The notes under the pieces are model-generated. The model saw only the letters and a program-made list of their open reading frames with translations, ran no database searches and was not told the origin of the DNA. Position numbers and translations under genes: made by a program. From Polymyxa betae A26-41 (taxonomy: Eukaryota; Protista; Endomyxa: Phytomyxea), in NCBI GenBank assembly GCA_003693705.1, contig RBZT01000146.1, forward strand, positions 58,635 through 122,634: DNA of 64,000 nt, given 5' to 3'. The stretch's first letter is position 1, and every line of letters begins with the position of its first letter. Shown here in pieces: positions 60,018 through 64,000 of the stretch.

Positions 60018-60030
60018 CATTTTAGAGCAT

Positions 60031-60036
60031 AAAAAA
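60031..60036 (-). terminator. RNA polymerase III terminator (T6) of the tRNA-His gene
   Basis: TTTTTT on the minus strand 4 nt after the tRNA discriminator. Confidence 0.8.
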
Positions 60037-60040
60037 GTAA

Positions 60041-60112
60041 TGCAGACACTGAGAGTCGAACTCAGGTGATCAGCGCCACAAGCTGGTATCCTGCCAACTA
60101 GATGATGTCTGC
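60041..60112 (-). tRNA. trnH-GUG: tRNA-His (anticodon GTG), intronless
   Basis: Minus strand GCAGACA TC ATCTAGTTGGCAGGAT A CCAGC TTGTGGC GCTGA TCAC CTGAG TTCGACT CTCAG TGTCTGC A: 7-bp acceptor stem, perfect T arm, A discriminator, no encoded CCA or G-1. Confidence 0.93.
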
Positions 60113-60142
60113 ATATGCTGCGTGACGTTCATTGTTCTCGAT

Positions 60143-61760
60143 TTATGAAGATACCGCAACTGTATCAAGTCAAATTTGAGAGAAGTTTCTAAATAAACAC
60201 GTCTCGGTTGGTCGAACGCCTTAACTATTCAATACTAAGTTTCTCAGATCCTCTCATTCACGCTGATATCTTTTGCTTTAAGCCACGATTGACCAAAACC
60301 CTAACCCGCTCTGATGGTTTATTCGGGCTTGTCAAAGACTCACAGCTCTATCAGATCGTTATCGAGCAGTTTCGCGATATCATCAGAATACCGAATTTCG
60401 GTTATCGTCTTTGAACATGTCGGATTGTTCTCGCGTATGCAACAGGAATGAGAAGATGGTTTCATTGTTGACCGTGCGCTTCATACTAAAGACCCGAAAT
60501 TAGTGGAACTGTTTTTTATTGTGCAACATCATAATCAAAGATGGTTTTGAAGGATTCTTGATACAGCATTCGTTGATGTTAAAGACACCATGGTTATAAT
60601 GATCCAGTTATATCAACAATCTCTATAGATGACCATTGCAGAATTTTATCATTGGCTGGGCGAGCAGGAATCATTCCAAAAATGGTTTATTCGCTCAACT
60701 AAATTTCATCGTGACTGTATCTTGAAGCGAATGACAATATTGGCTTAAATATAAAGCATTGATGAAAAACAACGTAAATGACGTTTTGAGCCGCTTGTAC
60801 GCCTTCCACGATCAGCACTTGCTGCATAAGCAAATAAGTTAAGTTGAAGCAAGGCATTGGTCATCTCCGATACATCAAGAAAGGAAATTGAGAACTTTCG
60901 AACCGTTTTGCTTCGTTTTTGATATCGTTAATTGCTTCAGGTCACTCTCAAGCCTCATAATTATTCGTTCATAGTGAATTGACTTCGTGTCAGAATGTTT
61001 CCATTTACGACCGGCGATTATGGACATTGCTGAGCCCGAAGCGAACGCTGCCTATCCAGCAATGCCTTCCGATCTCTTTCCCATCACCAAGGCAATAGAA
61101 CGATCCAAACGCTACACCGACTCCACAAGATGGAAAAGCAACAACAGCGCAGCTCAACTACTTTGACGATATTTTTCTGCTCAAATCAATCTGCCGATCG
61201 CGTCCAAAAGGGAGAAAGTGATCGAAGTCTGGGATGAATTTGCTGAACGGGTTCGCAGAATTCCCTGTTTCGACGTCCAGAAGGATGGTCGCGGATGTCA
61301 ACTGAAGGTTGAGAGAATCCTCGGCGAGATGACAATCAGGAAGCGCCTGGTGGTGTTGAGGAATACAACGATCACGAAATGCATGAAAATTTAAAATCGA
61401 CAGTAGAATCACCGATCACATCACGACGACAGCTGCGGCCAGCGAACAAGCCAACGCGACATGTGCCTTACTCCGGCTGTGTCCATTGGGCGAGTACATC
61501 AGCTCAGGAGCGATGACAAGAACTGTATCGCGTTTAAAGACATAAAACACAGAGCGCAATATGAGCGAATCTCAACTGTAAGAAACAGAAACTGATGCCG
61601 CAGCGATTACGGTCGCCTTGAATCGCAGCGGCTTCATGAAAGCGATCGTCGTCGAAACGAACACAAGCTGAATTTCGCCGAGCGGCTCTTGTCGAGAAAT
61701 TTGTCTGAAAGAATTGAGTTGTTTTATCTCGGGTTTGCCTCTGGAAAATGATTTCATTCT
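60143..61760 (-). pseudogene. Possible decayed cyclic-nucleotide-regulated (CNG/KCNH-type) channel gene
   Basis: Broken fragments in expected order: LNLQLTSATILLDVETG, KFIPDFDHFLPF, hydrophobic AALLLLFHLV, then FKTIFDYDVAQ*KTVPLISGL. Many stops and frameshifts. Confidence 0.3.
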
Positions 61761-62153
61761 GTTTTCAGACGCAGCAACGAGACTCTAAACCCAACATATT
61801 GAAATTTTCGTTACAATCTCGTGAGCTATTCGGGTAGTACGCTCAAGCCGAACCCGGATCACACTACTCATATGGGTCACATCACCAACGCAGTGTTCAG
61901 CAACAGACTTCCTTTTCTAATCGTAGAAATAGTTCTCTCTGTGTTTTCGACTTCGCCTAATTTACAGTCTAGATAAGTCATATAAAGACTTTTTAAACTA
62001 GAAACGCTGTGAATGAAAAACCGTACCTCACATTGATTTTAGAGAAGAGGCAGGGATCACGTGATTTGGGTCTAAGACAGAATACGGAAAACTACGATAA
62101 AATGATAAAATGAACATGAGAGGACGGGTTTAGGGGTAGAACGAACAGCTAGT

Positions 62154-62678
62154 TTACTGATTAATATCGAAACAGGCGGCTAATGGAGATGTGATCTTTG
62201 GTAAAATTTGCTTCAGCTGTCGGTCGCTAAAGTTCTGATTACTGTTGAGAAGCTTAATAATCTCGAGGCAATCCTTCCGTCGCCTCAAATGTAGTTCATA
62301 CTCGTCTTTTAGTCGAAGGCGTTCGTCTTCGTCTATTAGACGTTGTTCGGATGATGTAGTCGTCAAAGAAACTTTCTAATATGTGGTTGGCCTCATCAAG
62401 AGTGCGTTTTGGCACCACCTCGCCGTTATCCAAGGGAATGGAAAAACCATCGGAAAGACCAAGAAGAGAGGATTCGGGCCAATCCCCAGATTCGTAGGCT
62501 GCAATCCAGGCTTGCTTAATATCGGAGCTAGTTGAAGCCCGGCCTTAGCTTCTTTCTTACGGCATGCCACGTCGAGTTGGGCTTTGGCACGGGCCGCCTG
62601 GATGATCCAGATAATCACCTCCTCTGACAACAGTACTTTAAGACAAGTGTCTTTAATTGCTGAATCGTGAGGAACCAA
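62154..62678 (-). CDS. Hypothetical protein fragments, possibly one spliced or broken gene
   Basis: Two consecutive minus-strand ORFs with helical-looking content (RLIDEDERLRLKDEYELHLRRRKDCLEIIKLL). Confidence 0.3.
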
Positions 62679-63519
62679 CTGTCCCGAACGAGTATGATTC
62701 TATTACATGCTCGGGCACGCTTAAATAGCGACAGCGGCGCGGCTTTGGAGGCGGCGGCGAGGCTGGCGAGGAGACGGTTACAGTGGGGCGCCGTGCGACG
62801 TTCCAGTCGCTCTGTCGTACTGTCACTTTGCCATGGTCGCACGAGACCTACCGACAACTGCGCGCGGCCTGTATGAGGGTTGCGCCAAAGAGGGCTGCGC
62901 TGATATGTCTCTCAGTCTCTGTCACCAAAGGCTGGATTAAGACAGACTGTTGAATCTTCTAATTGTAACCGGTCGTTTTCAGGTATCCAAATTAATCGCT
63001 CGTTTTTTCAGATTGAGTATGATGATCGTCTGTAACCACACAGGAGAGCATCGGGTGTTGTTCAACTGCAGAGGCTGATTCGGCTGATGATTTAGGTAGG
63101 ACCAATAATATGATTCCACGTTAAGGTGGCGGGCATCATGAGAAGCGGGATCAGTTAAATTGAATTGAAAAAATTTGTGATAACACGGTCAGTTGCAGCA
63201 ATCCATGTTTCGAGGAGAATAAATTTCTCAAATGGTGTTGGTGGAAGTAGCGGGTGATACGTGGTAATTTGGCATGTAGTCATTCACAGTTCCAGCTTGC
63301 AATTCTCATTAGGTTCATCAATAATAGGCGAAAAAACGACGGGGAGGGGTTTGAATTGCATTCGAGTCGGAGCACCAATCATGAAAGGCAGTAATTCTGC
63401 CTTCGGTTTCTTTTAAAACTTTGTGGGTGGAGCTGAGCAATGACTAAAAATTTCAGGAAATCTGAAAAGTTGGTACGCGCCTTAGCTGTGGATGTGCGCA
63501 TCTAGGCCTTTATACCACA

Positions 63520-63710
63520 TTTCGGTAGAGCGGAACTGGGATCGAGTCTTGATCCCGGTGATATGCTGTAGAAACTGCGCCTGGACTTCACAGCAACTAA
63601 CTGACCAAAGGAAAAAAATCCACAGCTGTTAGTCCAGGTCCCACTTAAACAGCACTTCACACACAATTTGGTAGAATCGAACTGGGATCGAGTGCTGATC
63701 GCGGTGGTCA
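63520..63710. repeat. Imperfect ~45-nt direct repeat with 146-nt spacing
   Basis: GGTAGAGCGGAACTGGGATCGAGTCTTGATCCCGGTG versus GGTAGAATCGAACTGGGATCGAGTGCTGATCGCGGTG. Confidence 0.8.
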
Positions 63711-64000
63711 ACACGTACTTCTCTTCGGACCCTCTTTGAAAGATAAGGGCTGTGTCAGAATGCTGTCATGCCCATTGAGCATGACAGTACTCGCAGCCGC
63801 CCAGCCGACCACCAGGCAGTCGTACTGGCCCTTCCTGAGGGGCTGCGCAGAGGGCTGCGCCCCTGCTGACGATTCCTATAGGGGAAGAGCCCTAACTGTC
63901 ACGGACTGCGCGGGTCCCCTCGTCTCCCTACTATGAATGGCGAGGAGCGGCCTCCACGCAACGAGTCCGATCAACTCCAAAATTCATACGTTTCTCATCT

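Overview
Gene-dense eukaryotic nuclear DNA, not prokaryotic. It uses the standard code, with many short (~45-60 nt) GT-AG introns and roughly balanced GC. The compaction, intron style and orphan secreted proteins suggest a protist such as a plasmodiophorid (Phytomyxea), but that is inference only. Conserved genes recognised by motif: FCF1, fimbrin, a multi-PH TKL kinase, a GT60 GlcNAc-transferase, an epoxide hydrolase, PTH2, SEC15, a Rab11-like GTPase, sorbitol dehydrogenase, AP-2 mu, RTEL1, CHMP1, COX19, zuotin and a tRNA-His(GTG). Interspersed are orphan secreted or surface proteins: SKP1/BTB-like, GPI-anchored extensin-like, and a thrombospondin adhesin. After ~55.7 kb the sequence is accessory-like, with decayed genes. 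Most unusual signals: (1) a spliced orphan gene abutting the tRNA whose introns are loaded with GTAAC/GTTAC motifs; (2) a kinase whose first PH domain is split by a FYVE-like zinc finger; (3) tightly packed, co-oriented intronless orphan ORFs downstream of COX19. Exon structures were assembled by eye and no database searches were run.
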